A stretch of DNA of 64,000 nucleotides from Octopus sinensis. Taxonomy: Eukaryota. A program made the position numbers and the translations under genes. The stretch covers positions 28,210,001 to 28,274,000 of the forward strand of contig NC_042998.1 in assembly GCF_006345805.1 (NCBI RefSeq), written 5' to 3'. Under the pieces are notes generated by a model. That model saw nothing but the letters and a program-made list of their open reading frames with translations. It did no database searches and was not told where the DNA came from. This document shows positions 48,881-62,940 of this stretch, one piece after another (position 1 is the stretch's first letter; every line of letters starts with the position of its first letter).

Positions 48881-50169
48881 CGAGGGACGTTCAATAAGTA
48901 ATGCCCCTGACCCATTTACATTTGTTTGATCTAGCTGAAATTTTGCATGTGCAATCATTTATATCTCTATTGAGTAAGTGACAACTTACAGCTCTGAACT
49001 AATTGTGGTTTCTGATATACAGGTGTTTGAACTGAGTCAAGTGTGAAATGGAGCCTGTTGAGTGTCGAGCAGTGATCCGGTTTTTGTATTTGAAAGGACG
49101 CACACCACGGGAGACTTTTGATGAAATGAAAGTAACTTATGGTGATGATGCCCCATCATATGACCTTGTAAAACGCTGGCATCGTGAATTCAAACATGGT
49201 CGGAACTCTGTGGAAACAGCTCCCAGATCTGGTCGCCCCGCTTTTGCCATTGATGAGGCATCTGTCCGTCAAGTTGAGGCTGCCATTTTGGAAGATCGAC
49301 GCATAATTGTTCGCCAAATAGCCCATGAGGTCAAGATTAGTACCGGGTCTGTGGAAACTATCATTCATGCCCATTTGCATATGCAAAAGGTGTCTGCCAG
49401 ATGGATTCCCAGGTTGCTCACACCTTTCCAGAAGAAAGACGCGTCGAGTGCTCGAGGATGAATTTGGAGATGTGCCAAGAAGATGAGTCAAATTTTTCAA
49501 AAGACTGATTACAAAGGATGAAACCTGGGTCCATCACGATGATCCAGAGACCAAAGCCCAGTCAATGCAGTGGAAGCACCGTGACTCACCCCCTCCAAAG
49601 AAGGCAAGGGTGCAGCCCTCCGCTGGCAAGGTCATGCTCACAGTCTTCTGGGACCAGGACGGAGTAGTGATGACAGATTTCCTGGCAAAGGGTACCACAA
49701 TTAGAGGAGCCTATTATGCTTCACTTTTGAGGAAATTAAGAGAAGTTATCAAAATCAAGAGGCGGGGCAAGATCAGCAAAGGCATCCTCCTTCTCCAGGA
49801 CAACGCTCCGGTCCACAACTCGCTTGTCGCCAGATCAGAAGCACAGGCGTATGGCTATGAACTCCTCCCCCATCCTCCATACTCTCCTGACCTTGCACCC
49901 TCTGATTTTCACCTCTTCCCAGTCATGAGGTTGTTTTTGAAAGGAAAGCGTTTTTCAGATGATGCAGCCTTGATTTCTGAAGTCACGTTGAGGTTGGAGG
50001 ACCAAGCTGGGTTATTCTACAAAAACGGTCTCAAGAGCCGCATTAAACGATGAGAGAAATGCGTAACTCTGTGTGGTTCCTATGTAGAAAGACTAATAAC
50101 TGTGCCAAGTTTCGTTGCTCTACTGCTATGGGAAGTGGGTCAGAGGCATTACTTATTGAACGCCCCTCG
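48881..50169 (+). mobile_element. Full-length (1289 bp) mariner transposon, DD34D type, ORF disrupted
   Basis: TIR cgagggacgttcaataagtaatgcc / ggcattacttattgaacgcccctcg; TA TSD; WIPRLL, DETWVHH, QDNAPVH and YSPDLAPSD motifs. Confidence 0.97.
49048..50053 (+). pseudogene. Mariner transposase split by frameshifts (ORFs 49048-49461 and 49565-50053)
   Basis: HTH N-terminus MEPVECRAVIRFL; catalytic motifs in the second ORF. Confidence 0.92.
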
Positions 50170-51141
50170 TATCTTCATCTTTAGTTACAGTTTCCCATGT
50201 AAACTACATAATACGCAGAATTGTCGGACTAATACAGTAGTGTGTTTGGAGGAAGATTTGGCTGCTATTTCTATCAGGTCTACCTACCATGTAGAGGTCT
50301 GAACATAATTTTCTTTAACATATTTGCATTTCAAAAATTTAACAAAATTTTCCATAAATCAACTATCGTAAAAAATTTCTACCATGACCTCACATTTTCT
50401 ATGTGTGTGTGTACCCTAAAAGACGTGATTAGACAGAGGTCCAATAAACTAGTTCTCAGAAACAGACTACGTACAATGTCTTTCTTCACAACTCCTGAAG
50501 CTGTTTTCTGACAGGGGGTGGGCGGAGTCAGGAAATCTTCATACAGCTGGGAGATCCAATCTTTTATTAAATTGGATACGTCTGCTATTAAGTTGCAGAA
50601 CTTTGGCAGTACAGTTAAAAACCATTTCTGCTTTACTTCTTATATACAATTTCCCTGTAAATTCTTACGGCTTCATTTTTTGGTGATGATTGAAATGTCA
50701 AACATTTTCTAACTGTTAAAGCAATTCTTTATGTCAACTTTTTAATGCTTCTCTTTTAAAATCATAATACCTAATGTCTAACTGAAAACGATAGAAGATC
50801 TCTTATCATTTAGCTTCATGCTTATTCAGTATTGCCATTTTAAATTAATTTACCGATATTGTCCTTCAAAGCTGCATGCAGTTTTTGAAATGTTTCAATA
50901 TTTTGTTTCTTATTTACCGTTATACATTTCCACCTATAATAACAGATAAAGATTAATACTTCGTTCAAAAACCTTAACGTTTTATTTCAGACACGGGTTC
51001 AAGTTGCAAAAAACTATACTTTTAAAAAAGAATCTCGTGAAGTTTGGCAGTAAAAACCATCTTTACAGATAATGCTTAACCGATAACGATCAATGGTCTT
51101 GTGTCCCATCTTTGCCGTACAGTTTCAAGTCAACCATGATG

Positions 51142-51212
<71 letters not shown>

Positions 51213-51237
51213 TACTACTATATTATTATTATTATTA

Positions 51238-51285
<48 letters not shown>

Positions 51286-51352
51286 CATTATTATTATCAT
51301 TATTAACAACAGATAAAGATGAATACTTCGTTCAAAAACCTTAACGATTTAC

Positions 51353-51436
<84 letters not shown>

Positions 51437-51440
51437 GCGT

Positions 51441-51645
51441 AAGGCGGCAAGCTGGCAGAATCGTTAGCACGCCGGTCAAAATGCTTAGCGGCGTTTCGTC
51501 TGTTGTCACGTTCTGGGTTCAAATTCCGCCGATGTTAACTTTACCTTTCATCGTTTCGGGGTCGCTAAATTAAGTATGAGTCGATAAATTTCTTAATACT
51601 GGGGTCGATGTTACCGACTAGTCTCCTGCCTACAAATTTCAGATC
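51441..51645 (+). mobile_element. SINE S1, diverged
   Basis: aaggcggcaagctggcagaatcgttagcacgcc head. Confidence 0.75.
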
Positions 51646-51676
51646 TTGTTTCTTTAATAGAAATGACTATTATTAA

Positions 51677-52015
51677 TGAGTGAGAGTGGGGTAAAATATA
51701 CGAAGCCAAGTAATCCCATCATGACTACCCATCTGATAAGGGCACACCAGGCACATACATCACAACCATATATGCGCGACATGGTGATTTCATATCAAGA
51801 TAATGGGGGTCAGTTAGAATTTTCTTGAGGTCGAGTAGCACATCCCGCTCAAAAGATCCCCGAGTGAGGTTTGCTTAAGGATGTTGAACGAAACATCCAT
51901 GTTTCCAGGGATGATTTATCGAAACCCAAAAGAATCCCTCACAACACATAGCTATGATGCTCCCCACCCCCCTCTAATTCTGCTCGTGATCAGAGATGCA
52001 CATATCGTCAGCCAC
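51677..52015 (+). mobile_element. Second copy of the TAA-associated repeat at 18491-18725
   Basis: catgactacc..ctgataaggg..ccatatg..cgcgacatggtgatttcatatcaagata shared. Confidence 0.65.
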
Positions 52016-52099
52016 AAAAAGGTGATATCACAAGTGTTTAAGATCAAACAACTGACAAGCAAATATGTGGTATTGAGCAGAATATTTGCTGTAGCCCTA

Positions 52100-52183
52100 T
52101 CATCATTATAATCATCGTCATCATCTTCATCATCATCACCATCACCATCATCATCGTCATCACCATCATCCTCACCATCATCC

Positions 52184-52216
<33 letters not shown>

Positions 52217-52662
52217 CCATCACCACCATCATCACCACCATCATCACCATCATCATCACCATCATCACCATCATCACCATCATCACCACCATCATCATCA
52301 TCATCATCAAAATCATCACCATCATCACCATCATCATCACCATCATCATCATCATCACCATCATCACCATCATCACCATCATCACCACCATCATCACCAT
52401 CATCATCACCATCATCACCATCATCACCATCATCACCACCATCATCATCATCATCACCATCATCAGAACCATGGTATCACTATCACCACCATCATCACCA
52501 CCATCATCACCATTATCATCTCCATCATCACCATCATCACCACCATCACCACCATCATCATCATCACCACCACCATCACCATCACCACCACCATCATCAT
52601 CACCACCACCACCATCATCATCATCACCACCATCATCATCATCATCATCACCAGCACCACCA
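52100..52662. repeat. (CAT/CAC)n tract, followed by (CT)n at 52776-52890
   Basis: Direct runs. Confidence 0.96.
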
Positions 52663-52783
52663 TTGAAACGGTTGATATTACTTTACTGAAGAGAACAAAC
52701 GAAATTGGAGTGACCAATATGTTAGACAATTTTCATGATAAAATGCATTTAATGCACAACACTTCTAACGTACTAAGAGCGAA

Positions 52784-52822
<39 letters not shown>

Positions 52823-52843
52823 TTCTCTCTTTCTCTCTCTCTC

Positions 52844-52883
<40 letters not shown>

Positions 52884-53840
52884 TCTCTCTCGTAGTTATG
52901 CTTGCATGACAACTTACACCTGCTGCTTTTATGAAAGGTATTGCTTCAAATGTGTTATTTTCTCTTTCAAATAAACAGAATCCTAATCGTAGGATTGCAG
53001 CTATTAGCGTTTCTTCATTAATTAAACACAGACTAATATTAACGGAAGGATAAATGTATTTACAAGCTGGGAAGCAACAGGTTGCTAAACAATGGGATTT
53101 CATCGATTTTAACTACATCAAGATATGGAGATAGTGTTGTATCCCATAAATATAGATTTTTTTTCTCTGCACACCTGATCAACAATATCCTTTCATTTGA
53201 ATTAGTATTATACGAACATGAGAGCTTAATATTTCTGAAAGACACTTCTGTGTTAAAAGGTTATCATGAACTAAAGAAAGGCGTGTATTTAGATTTCATT
53301 TCAGTCGCATATGTGACATTGTACATTGACATTTTCAGGCATTTCTATATGTAATTATGCGACCGAACGGACGTTTGTGTTTATTTTCAGTCATAAAGTA
53401 AATATGATTCTGAATTCATGTGGCTGTTAGTAGATAACTTTCTTGTTTTGATAATAAAAAGCAGTTGTGCAAATACAAACTCTTCCAGAGATGGCGAAGT
53501 TCATTATATGTATCGCAAAGCAAACTGGAATTTAAGTAGAATCTACAGCATTATTAGTTGAATGTATTATAGAGTAGTCGATGCTAGAATTCGTAAATCG
53601 ACGAATCAGATGCCTTGTATTGTTTATGTACACTAGTTTAATGTTCTGTGTTCATTAGTATAATTTCATAATCCCGAGGTCAATAGATAAGTACCTTTTG
53701 TACACTAGGTTAAACGTAACTATTGCCTTTCCTAACAAAATGATAGAACTATGTAATGTTAAGTAAATTTATCAGAACCGTTGAGTAATGTGTTTAGATA
53801 TCTTACGATTCATCAGTTCAGGACTGAATCTTTGCTGCTA

Positions 53841-54007
53841 CTCCTTGTTTCTCTCCGTGTTTCTTTTCTGTGTATCTTTCTGTTGAAGAGCGTAGGCTCG
53901 AAACGTAAAAGACTTGTCTTATTTATATTCCTGAGCGCCATACTAATACAATTGTTTGTTTGTACTCCACCTGCCTTCGTCTTTTGTTTATTTTCATAAA
54001 GCTTCCC
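53841..54007 (+). mobile_element. Family C element (HHR-like motif at 53875-53912, CTGTTGA core)
   Basis: tcttt-CTGTTGA-a-gagc gtag gctc-GAAA-cg-TA-aaaga. Confidence 0.75.
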
Positions 54008-54032
54008 GTTATATATATATATATATATAGCA

Positions 54033-54285
54033 TAAAAATAAATGCGCCCTTTTAAAGCCTAGCCACGCTCATGGGCCCGGTTTCCCGGTTTCAATGCCGT
54101 ATGTGTTCCCCACTGGACGGGACGCCAGTCCATCGCAGCGTTACTCATTTTTGCCAGCTGAGTGGACTGGAGCAACGTGAAATGAAGTGTTTTGCTCGAG
54201 AACTCAACGCGTCGCCCGGTCCAGGAATCGAAACCACAATCTTACGATCATGATGCTGACACCCTAACCACTAAGCCACGCAACT

Positions 54286-54287
<2 letters not shown>
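54033..54287 (-). mobile_element. SINE S4
   Basis: Same as 40172-40424. Confidence 0.85.
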
Positions 54288-54352
<65 letters not shown>

Positions 54353-55174
54353 CATATATATATATATAAGCACGCCAAGTTTCAATCGAACATAACCAGT
54401 TCGTAAACTTCATCAATTCATGTGCGATTATATAATCAACCTGATCACCGTCATTCGCATGATCATCGTCATCATCACCAGCGTCGTCATCGTCGTCGTC
54501 ATCGTCATCATCATCATTCTAATCCGTCGTTATCGCCGAAATTAGCACCATTGTTAATATAACCAACATGTTTCTTTCTTTCAGAAAGTGAATATATATA
54601 TGACCTTGTATCTCAAAATAATAAAATGATTTCTGATCTTGATACGCTTTAATAGTTTTCGTAAACCATTCCGTGTAAACATTGCAATTCGTATCATACT
54701 ATTCTCGTTCCGAGATTGTCACTATTTCTTCCATAAACTAATATTCCACCCCCACCGATTATTTTTAATCCAAGCCGTTCTCTACAATTGTCACTCCATT
54801 TTTTCTATCCTTTCTAGTGAAATACTATCTTCTAACGTCGATCGGAATGAAGTTACTTTCTTTGAGCTATACATTAAATATGGAAACAAAGCTATCCATT
54901 TTCGCATGAGAAAAAAAACAAACAAAGTAATATTTAATACTTGAATATTATATACCTATAACCTTTCATATTCTTAGAGATGTACTTTATCACGGTTGTT
55001 CTACTGTCTTAAGGGTAGCGTGTATAGAGATGACTTAGGGAACTTGTTTAACTGTTTAGGATTTAGCAACCGTACAATGTAAATATACGAAAATGGTATG
55101 GTCAGTTATATACTACACTTGAAATAATATGAAGTAGAAAATGTAGATGTGCTAAACGTCTTGAATAACAGACA

Positions 55175-55248
<74 letters not shown>

Positions 55249-55311
55249 ATATATATATATGTGTATATATTTATATATATATATATTTATATATATATAT
55301 ATATATATATA

Positions 55312-55478
55312 TACACGACGAGCTCCTTTCAGTTTCCGTCTACCGAATATACCCTCAAGAATTTGCTTGGCCTGAGGTTATAGTAGAAGACACTTGCCCA
55401 AAGTGCCACTGAGTGGGACTGAATTCGGAACCATGTGGTTGGTAAGCAAGCTACTTATCACGCAGCCACTCCTGCGTC
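55312..55478 (-). mobile_element. SINE S2, 5' half
   Basis: Reverse complement of the S2 head. Confidence 0.8.
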
Positions 55479-55510
55479 TAAAACCAAAAAAATAAATAAT
55501 AAATAAAAAG

Positions 55511-55690
55511 ACCGCTAGCCACTAAACCTTTTTTTTTATTTTCTCTCCCTGTTCATTTCTGTGTTCCTTTCTATCGAAGAGCGTAGACTCGAAACATAAA
55601 ATACTTTCTCACTTCCCGAGCATTATACTAATACATCTGTTTGTTGTTTACACACACGTCTTTGTCTTTTGTTTTGTTTGCAAATTCTCA
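55511..55690 (+). mobile_element. Family C element, diverged
   Basis: gaccgctagccact...gaagagcgtagactcgaaac...aattctc. Confidence 0.75.
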
Positions 55691-55723
55691 CTATACACAT
55701 ACACACACACACAAACACACACA

Positions 55724-55802
<79 letters not shown>

Positions 55803-55808
55803 ATATAT

Positions 55809-55846
<38 letters not shown>

Positions 55847-55859
55847 TATATATATACAC

Positions 55860-55893
<34 letters not shown>

Positions 55894-55900
55894 GTATATG

Positions 55901-55941
<41 letters not shown>

Positions 55942-55967
55942 GTACATATATGTACATATATATATGT

Positions 55968-56001
<34 letters not shown>

Positions 56002-56008
56002 ATATACA

Positions 56009-56326
56009 GGGGCAATGGCCCAGTGGTTAAGGCAGCGGACTCGCGGTCGCACTATCGCGGTTTCGATTGCCAGACCAGGCGTTGTCAGTGATTATTGAGC
56101 GAATCCTTCTGTACTCTTTCATCATAACTTTCTCTCACTGTTTCTGCTCTACCTGTATTCCAAAGGGCCAGCCTTGTCACACTGTGTCACGCTGAATCTC
56201 CTCGAAAACAATGTTAAGGGTAAATGTGTTTGTGGAGTGCTCGGCCACTTGCACGTTAATTTCACGAGTAGGCCATTCCGTTGATGGGATCAACTGGAAC
56301 CCTCGTCGTAACCGACGGAGTGTCAC
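56009..56326 (+). mobile_element. SINE S3
   Basis: Head plus aagggccagccttgtcac...accgacggagtg tail. Confidence 0.8.
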
Positions 56327-56998
56327 GACGACGATATCGTGATTGAAACTACCGCCCTTCAAGGGGCATTTTTGGTAACTGCAGGGACAAAACAGAAGGC
56401 AAAACAACATATCACATATTCTACGATATATACCATGCTCCGTATATTACTTCTGAAAAGGAGATAGAAAAAAAAATCCCTTACTATGCCTACAGGTCGA
56501 GATTACTTCTTTTCACTCTTTATTACAGATATGGTAATTGATGTTTGTTTACCTTCTTGCGGCTACCTAAACACACAGTAGGTCAGAACATCAAAACATT
56601 TGATTTGTAAAAACAACTGAAAATAATGTGTTGTCCATGGTATAGTGATTTCCTGTCTAGCCCAGCAGACATTTATATCCATTGGCACCAGAAAGATAGT
56701 ATAGATCGCGAAAAACTTGAGTAGCAACACAATGACTCACCGCTCTTTATAAACACACAGCGCATACACACATACAGATATATGCACACTCTCATACAAA
56801 TACACATATATGCACATAGATAAACATACGTACATATATATGTTAGATTCGTTAAGCGATAAATTATTGGAACCATTTACTCATGAGAGCACTCGATACT
56901 GGGAATAGACTCAATTTATTATACAAGGGTTTTACTATGACTTACGTTTCCTCCCTGGAGGATATTCAAACAATATCGCCCTCTCTCTTTCCTTTCTT

Positions 56999-57052
<54 letters not shown>

Positions 57053-57144
57053 TATATACATATATGCATATATATATGCATACACGTATACATACATATA
57101 TATATATATAAATATATATATATATACATATGTATATATATATA

Positions 57145-57194
<50 letters not shown>

Positions 57195-57596
57195 CTCCAA
57201 CTTATATATGTATAAACACACACACACGCATATAATTTTTTTGTGTGTATATAAAATTGATTATATGTCTAATTAGACAATTATAAACGAAGAGTGGCTA
57301 TTATTTTCAATCTATTTTAAGCGTGTTGTTGAAATGGGAAAACATTGTTTGAAGAATCATCGCCGTAAAAGGATTTTGTTTTTGGTTTCAGCACTGCTAT
57401 CAATAACTTTGTCTATGAACGTCACTTCAGAAGTAGGCTGGGACTGGAATGATAAAAGTTCCTGTTATGCTATTTCCTTTTAATACTAATGTCGGTATTG
57501 GTCTATGAAAGAGTTTTTCCTGGAGCAATTTAGTAGATTTTTTTTCACCCATTCTGGAAATATTTGTGCTTTGCCATATCAATAGAATTAAACTAG

Positions 57597-57987
57597 GATC
57601 TTTTCGGTTTGAACGGCAGTTTTTAAAAATAATTTTCACGTAACTAAACACTTTTAAACTTCGTCTACTGGTAGAATGTGTTTATAAAACATCTTTTTCT
57701 CTTGGCTTTATTGAGAAAATTCTATAGTTTGTAAGATATTTGTTGTTGTTTTTTCTGCAATTTCAACCAATCAATGACGTCTATTGAGGTGCAAAACATT
57801 CTGTGCCGTATGAATATGTCCCTCGTTTAAGAAACAGATTGGGTTTATTTACATTGGGTTTATTTACATCCCTAACCCTAACCCTAAACCAGATTGAAAT
57901 GCAATAGATCGATACTAGGATCATAATTATGGGTGACAATTTCATATGACACCGCTAGAAAAAACTGCCGTTCAAACCGAAAATATC
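57597..57987. mobile_element. Non-autonomous TIR element with internal (CCCTAA)3
   Basis: ttttcggtttgaacggcagttttt / aaaaactgccgttcaaaccgaaaa; right-end fragment also at 28820-28875. Confidence 0.75.
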
Positions 57988-59362
57988 TTTAAACTAACTT
58001 TAATACTTAAACATACGTATATGAATACGTGTATTGAAATAAATAAATTGCGTATACACATTATTCTAAGTATAATTAGGAATCTATTCTTCTGTTGAAA
58101 TATAATCCTTCTATTAGCGAAATACTAATTCGCTGCAATCATACTTTTCCGAGTTAAAAACGTAAAAATATTTGAAATCTATTTGAAGACAGCACGAATT
58201 ATAAAGGCGTATATCAAACGTGTGTATTATACATTAAGACTAGATATATATGTTTACATGAACCGAAAGTATAAATTCTATTTAGGATATATCGATTCAA
58301 CACAGTCACCATTTAAAACAGAGAAGAATATTATATATGTTGACTTCAAGGAAATATTCATTAGAGATGAAAGGAATGTGAAGTGTGAAACATTAGTAAC
58401 CCAGAAGGGAAAATCACTGTTTAGATGAAAATATAAATTACATTCATATTTATACAACAATAGAGACGAATTCTAAAATACACCTTTCAAACAATGAGAA
58501 ATTACAGTAGTTTCTTCTAGATGTTTTAAACCTAATAGAAGCAATATATTTAAAAATACATATAATTATGTTTTGCTTCCTATTATTACGAAAACTATAC
58601 ACTTTACGACTGGTATTTGAAGGCGTTACTTTGTAGATATTATGAATTATAAAATGTACTAAAAGGAGTCATGAACTCAAGTATTATGATATTTAGATTC
58701 AAAAGAAATTCATGTTTGTTGATTGACTCTGAAGTAGCATGAATAATTCTGAAGTATATTAATACGTTTAGTCATATATATATCGTTATCTTTTGTTTCC
58801 GGACAAGTAAATATTCTCTTAATACATAACTGTTAACTATTCTCCATTTCATATGTACACAATTCTTTAATTGGGATGGAGCAAATTCTTATTGAATTCA
58901 GATCTCAAGTAGTAAGAGCTTCTGCAAATTCTGTTTCTCGCTTTTTATCTTGAAAGTTTACATTAAATTTCAGATGAATCCCGGATAAAACTAAACGAGT
59001 GTAAGTGAAAATAAGCATCAAACTAGCTTTGTTTCCACCGGATGTGTACGTGGCAATATATGTGACTTATGCAATTTAGTCATAAAAAATATCAACAAAC
59101 AAACAAAATGGGAGTTTGGGGAATCAATTACGCAGTGCCGTGTCTTGGGCAAGTTTTTCTCTTACAGCCCCGAACCGACGTGAGTAAATTTTGTAGACGG
59201 AAATTAAATATATTCGTATGTGGATGTCTTTGCGTTCCTGCTGTGTTTGTTTCCTCCCATCGCTTGGCAACAGGTGTTGGCTTCTGTATGTCTGCGTTAC
59301 TTAGTATTACAGCAAACGAGACCTATACATGCCAGAGTTACAATTCCACCTAAAAAGACAAA

Positions 59363-59455
59363 TAGAACTAGAGAGGAGGGGCCTGAGTAAGAAAGTGTTC
59401 GATGAAAGATGGAAGAATGTTGTGAGTAAAAGGACCCTCATGAATGCGAGGTAAG
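59363..59455 (+). mobile_element. Tx1/L1-type C-terminal remnant
   Basis: RQIELERRGLSKKVFDERWKNV resembles RKVRVERQVLSSECFKKRWVNV at about 39300. Confidence 0.5.
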
Positions 59456-60626
59456 CCGGAAAAAAAGAAGGAAAAAAAAACCTAAGGTCAGTGTCGTGGC
59501 GGGGTTCGTGGGGTCCGTAAGCCCGCCCCACTCCATCTGTGAAATTGTTTGTGTAAAAAATGTCCTATCATCCGAATTATATAATCATTTGTAAATTTTT
59601 AATAGACCCCAACGCATATTCATGTAAAATCATTCGTGATGTTCTGTCTTTATATGTATAACCGTATGGTGAATAAAGAAATAAGAGTTACAAAGCGCCA
59701 GACTTGAAAATTAACGCTAGGATCAATTTGTTCGACTAGTATCTTTTAAGGAGGTGCTCCAAAATTGGCCACAGTCCAATGACTAAAGCGAGCGGAAGAT
59801 AAAAGATGATTAATGTAATTTAAGTTTTAAATTGCACGACAAACAACCAGCATTTACAACACCGTGTGTATTTCCGTTCGTGTAATCTTTTGGAAAGAAT
59901 TTGAATTCTGAATATGTTGCAGAGTACATCCCGAAAACAAGACAAAACACGATAGATTCTTTATAAGGTATAAATTTACACCATCTTACGTACATTTTAT
60001 AACCAAAAGCATTTTTATTAGTTACACGCGTAGTTTTCTATTAGTTGCTAAATAAAATATTTACATTTAATTCCCAATGCGTGTAATGTTCTGTTATATT
60101 ATATGTAATAACCCCTTTGGATTATTTAGCACTCAATCGCTCCCTCAGTAAATTTATAATAATAGCAAGCATTCAAAGATTTTCTTAGAATCTTTTTGAA
60201 TAAATTGAGTATTATGTTGACTTAATTTAGCCAAGTAAAAGTCCTTAGTTTATCCTATATATACACATTCGTAAAATTGCATGATAGTGAATTGGAATGC
60301 ACACATAGTTATGTACTGGCAAAAGATCAAATTGAAAAGCTTATTGTAAATTCATAAACACGTGATTGTATAACTTACTATTTGCACTGCATGACTTTTC
60401 CGACCATTTGGTTAATTTCATTATTAGTAACCTACACGCATACAAAAAATTACTGATGTACAGTAACGGGAAATAATATATTTTCTATTCCCGTTCATCC
60501 TATGAAGTACGATAACAAAAAGAAAGGCGATCTCAGTCAAGGACTTCACTCTTATTGTCTTTCTCTAGCAATACCCCGTCAAATATGAAACGACACAAGG
60601 AATAAAATTTTATTGGTTTTGCTGAA

Positions 60627-60939
60627 ACTTCCCGCTTGCGCCGTTTTCTTGACACACTTAGGACGGAATTCTTCAGTTGGACGGCGTCTAAAATAAGTCT
60701 TTCCGTCTGATCCAAAGATGCAGAAGCGGTATTCGTCGCTTCAAAGAACTTTTGACCAGTCTTCGACCGTCCTTTCAATATGGCTATTAGCAAACTTGAT
60801 CCGTTTCCGATTCGTGCCAGAAATTATCAGCTTCTTTGGAGCGTTGCGGCCGAACAGTCCAAATTCTTTTAGGCGGTTTCTAACAGTTTGTGGTGTAAAG
60901 CTGATGTCAGTTCATCAGATAATTGCCTGCAAATGTCCA

Positions 60940-60942
<3 letters not shown>
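60627..60942 (-). pseudogene. Tc1-family transposase fragment
   Basis: TVRNRLKEFGLFGR..KK..W.KVL*SDEYRFCIFGSDGKTYFRRRP. Confidence 0.85.
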
Positions 60943-61029
<87 letters not shown>

Positions 61030-61033
<4 letters not shown>

Positions 61034-61407
61034 TAAGCAATAAGGGTTCAGCAACGAATTGCCTTACCACATACCGAATTTAGAAATAGCAGTCAAAGGG
61101 TTATAGCTATTTCTTCTACTAAAAAGGGAGATCTCAGTAAAAACAGCAATTGGAAGGCTGACACAAACAGTGTCAGCCTTCCAATTGCTGTTTTACTGAG
61201 ATCTCCCTTTTTAGTAGAAGAAATAGCTATAACCCTTGACTGCTATTTCTAAATTCGGTATGTGGTAAGGCAATTCGTTGCTGAACCCTTATTGCTTAGT
61301 ATTACTTAAATTTTCCTCAAATGAGGCTTTTACATGCCGAAGACTACTTGGTGTAATTGATAATTATTCCAAATTAATTAATTTCACCCTTCATTATTAC
61401 GGATAAC
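61030..61407. mobile_element. Family A-related fold-back with one-sided tail
   Basis: Arms 61030-61164 and 61170-61302, 5 nt loop; tail 61303-61407 homologous to 42495-42590. Confidence 0.88.
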
Positions 61408-61825
61408 TATATATATATATATATATAATGAAGAAATAAATTGGATAATTATCTCTTTATAAAAGTTAGAGCCTCGAGAATATAAATTAACTCGCCCCTA
61501 TAAACCTATATCTTCTCGAAACGGCCGTCAAACCTTTCACCTGCTCAAGATTGCTTTTAAAATCAGTTTATACCATCTTTCTCATCTATTTGGATTACCA
61601 CTATACATTCACCATCCGCATATTTTAATATCCTCATTGATTTTAATACAGACAAACAACATCGCAAGTACATTTATGTATTTAAATATTTATAAATTTG
61701 TATATTATCTCTTGTGTATATGAATGCACCTATGTATGCTGTGGAGTATTCTGACGCTTTGAAATATATTGGTTGAATATGAACACTGACATTTTCTCTC
61801 CCTTGGTTATATATATATATATTAT

Positions 61826-61922
<97 letters not shown>

Positions 61923-61934
61923 GACTGATCTTAC

Positions 61935-62130
61935 AGAATACTTAGCACGCCGTACAAAATGCTTAACAGCATTTCGCCTGTCTTTATGTTCTGAGATCAA
62001 ATTCCATCCAAGTTGGCTTTACATTTCATCTTTTCTGGATCGATGAAATAAGTACCATTTGAGCACTGATGTCAATATACTCGACTTAACCCCTCCCCCG
62101 AATTTGCTGGCCTTGTGCCAAAATGTGAAA
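61935..62130 (+). mobile_element. SINE S1-related, diverged
   Basis: ttagcacgccg..aaatgcttaac..gatgaaataagtacc. Confidence 0.65.
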
Positions 62131-62764
62131 CCAATATATGTGTGGTGTGTGTGTGTGTGTCTGTGTGTGAGACGGAGAACGTAATTTTATTTCCTGGTAA
62201 TTTAAGGGACGTTGATTTTGAAAGAAATCATTAGGAAAACAATTTATTGCAGAAATATAAAGCTAAAAACATGCAATATGAATGAGTTTTAAAAAGAATT
62301 CTGTCTAATTTTTTTTAATGCGGCTTAAAGAAAACAAAACATAAAATAGATGTTATAAAAAAGCTTAGAAAATAACGGTGTGTACGGTGATTTTAGTAAA
62401 ATATTCGAAGAATGCAGTTCTTCTCCAAGGAGAAGAAATCGCCACTATTAACCCTTAGAATCATAATGACCATTTATCAGCTTCCATTACCAATACATCC
62501 TGCAATGTGATTCGAAAACAATAGAATTCCCGAAATGCCAATATTCACACCATTTATCTTAATCATCTTCTATTCACAGCCAAGAACAACGTTTGTGTCG
62601 AACATCGGATTCAATATTGTATTTTTTAAACCTTAACTGAATGGTTGCAGTGGAAAACAATAAATTACTGACAGTCTCTTTCGACATATCAGATAAAGCA
62701 TCATTGAGTTTCTAGTTAAGGAATAGAAGTTCTGAGCTCGAACGCAAACTATTACTAATATATA

Positions 62765-62940
62765 TCTTATATAAAATCCGTTCTGTCTGTCTGTCTGTCT
62801 GTGAGTCTTCTCTAATCTTGGGCATCCTCCATCCGATTGCGCTCAAATTTGATATGTAGATACCGACGGTATCTGGACGTGTATAAGTCTTGAAAAAATT
62901 ACAAGAATCGATTCCAGGTGAGAATGCGATCGATAAAGCC
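62765..62940 (+). mobile_element. Possible Helitron/Helentron-like 5' fragment
   Basis: A|TC start, (TCTG)n, ccgattgcgctcaaatttg; no 3' end found. Confidence 0.4.

Noticed and set aside
52681-52726. CTGAAGA..GAAA with a good helix III (ttgg/ccaa)
   Set aside because: Helix II is 1 bp and helix I about 2 bp; likely chance.
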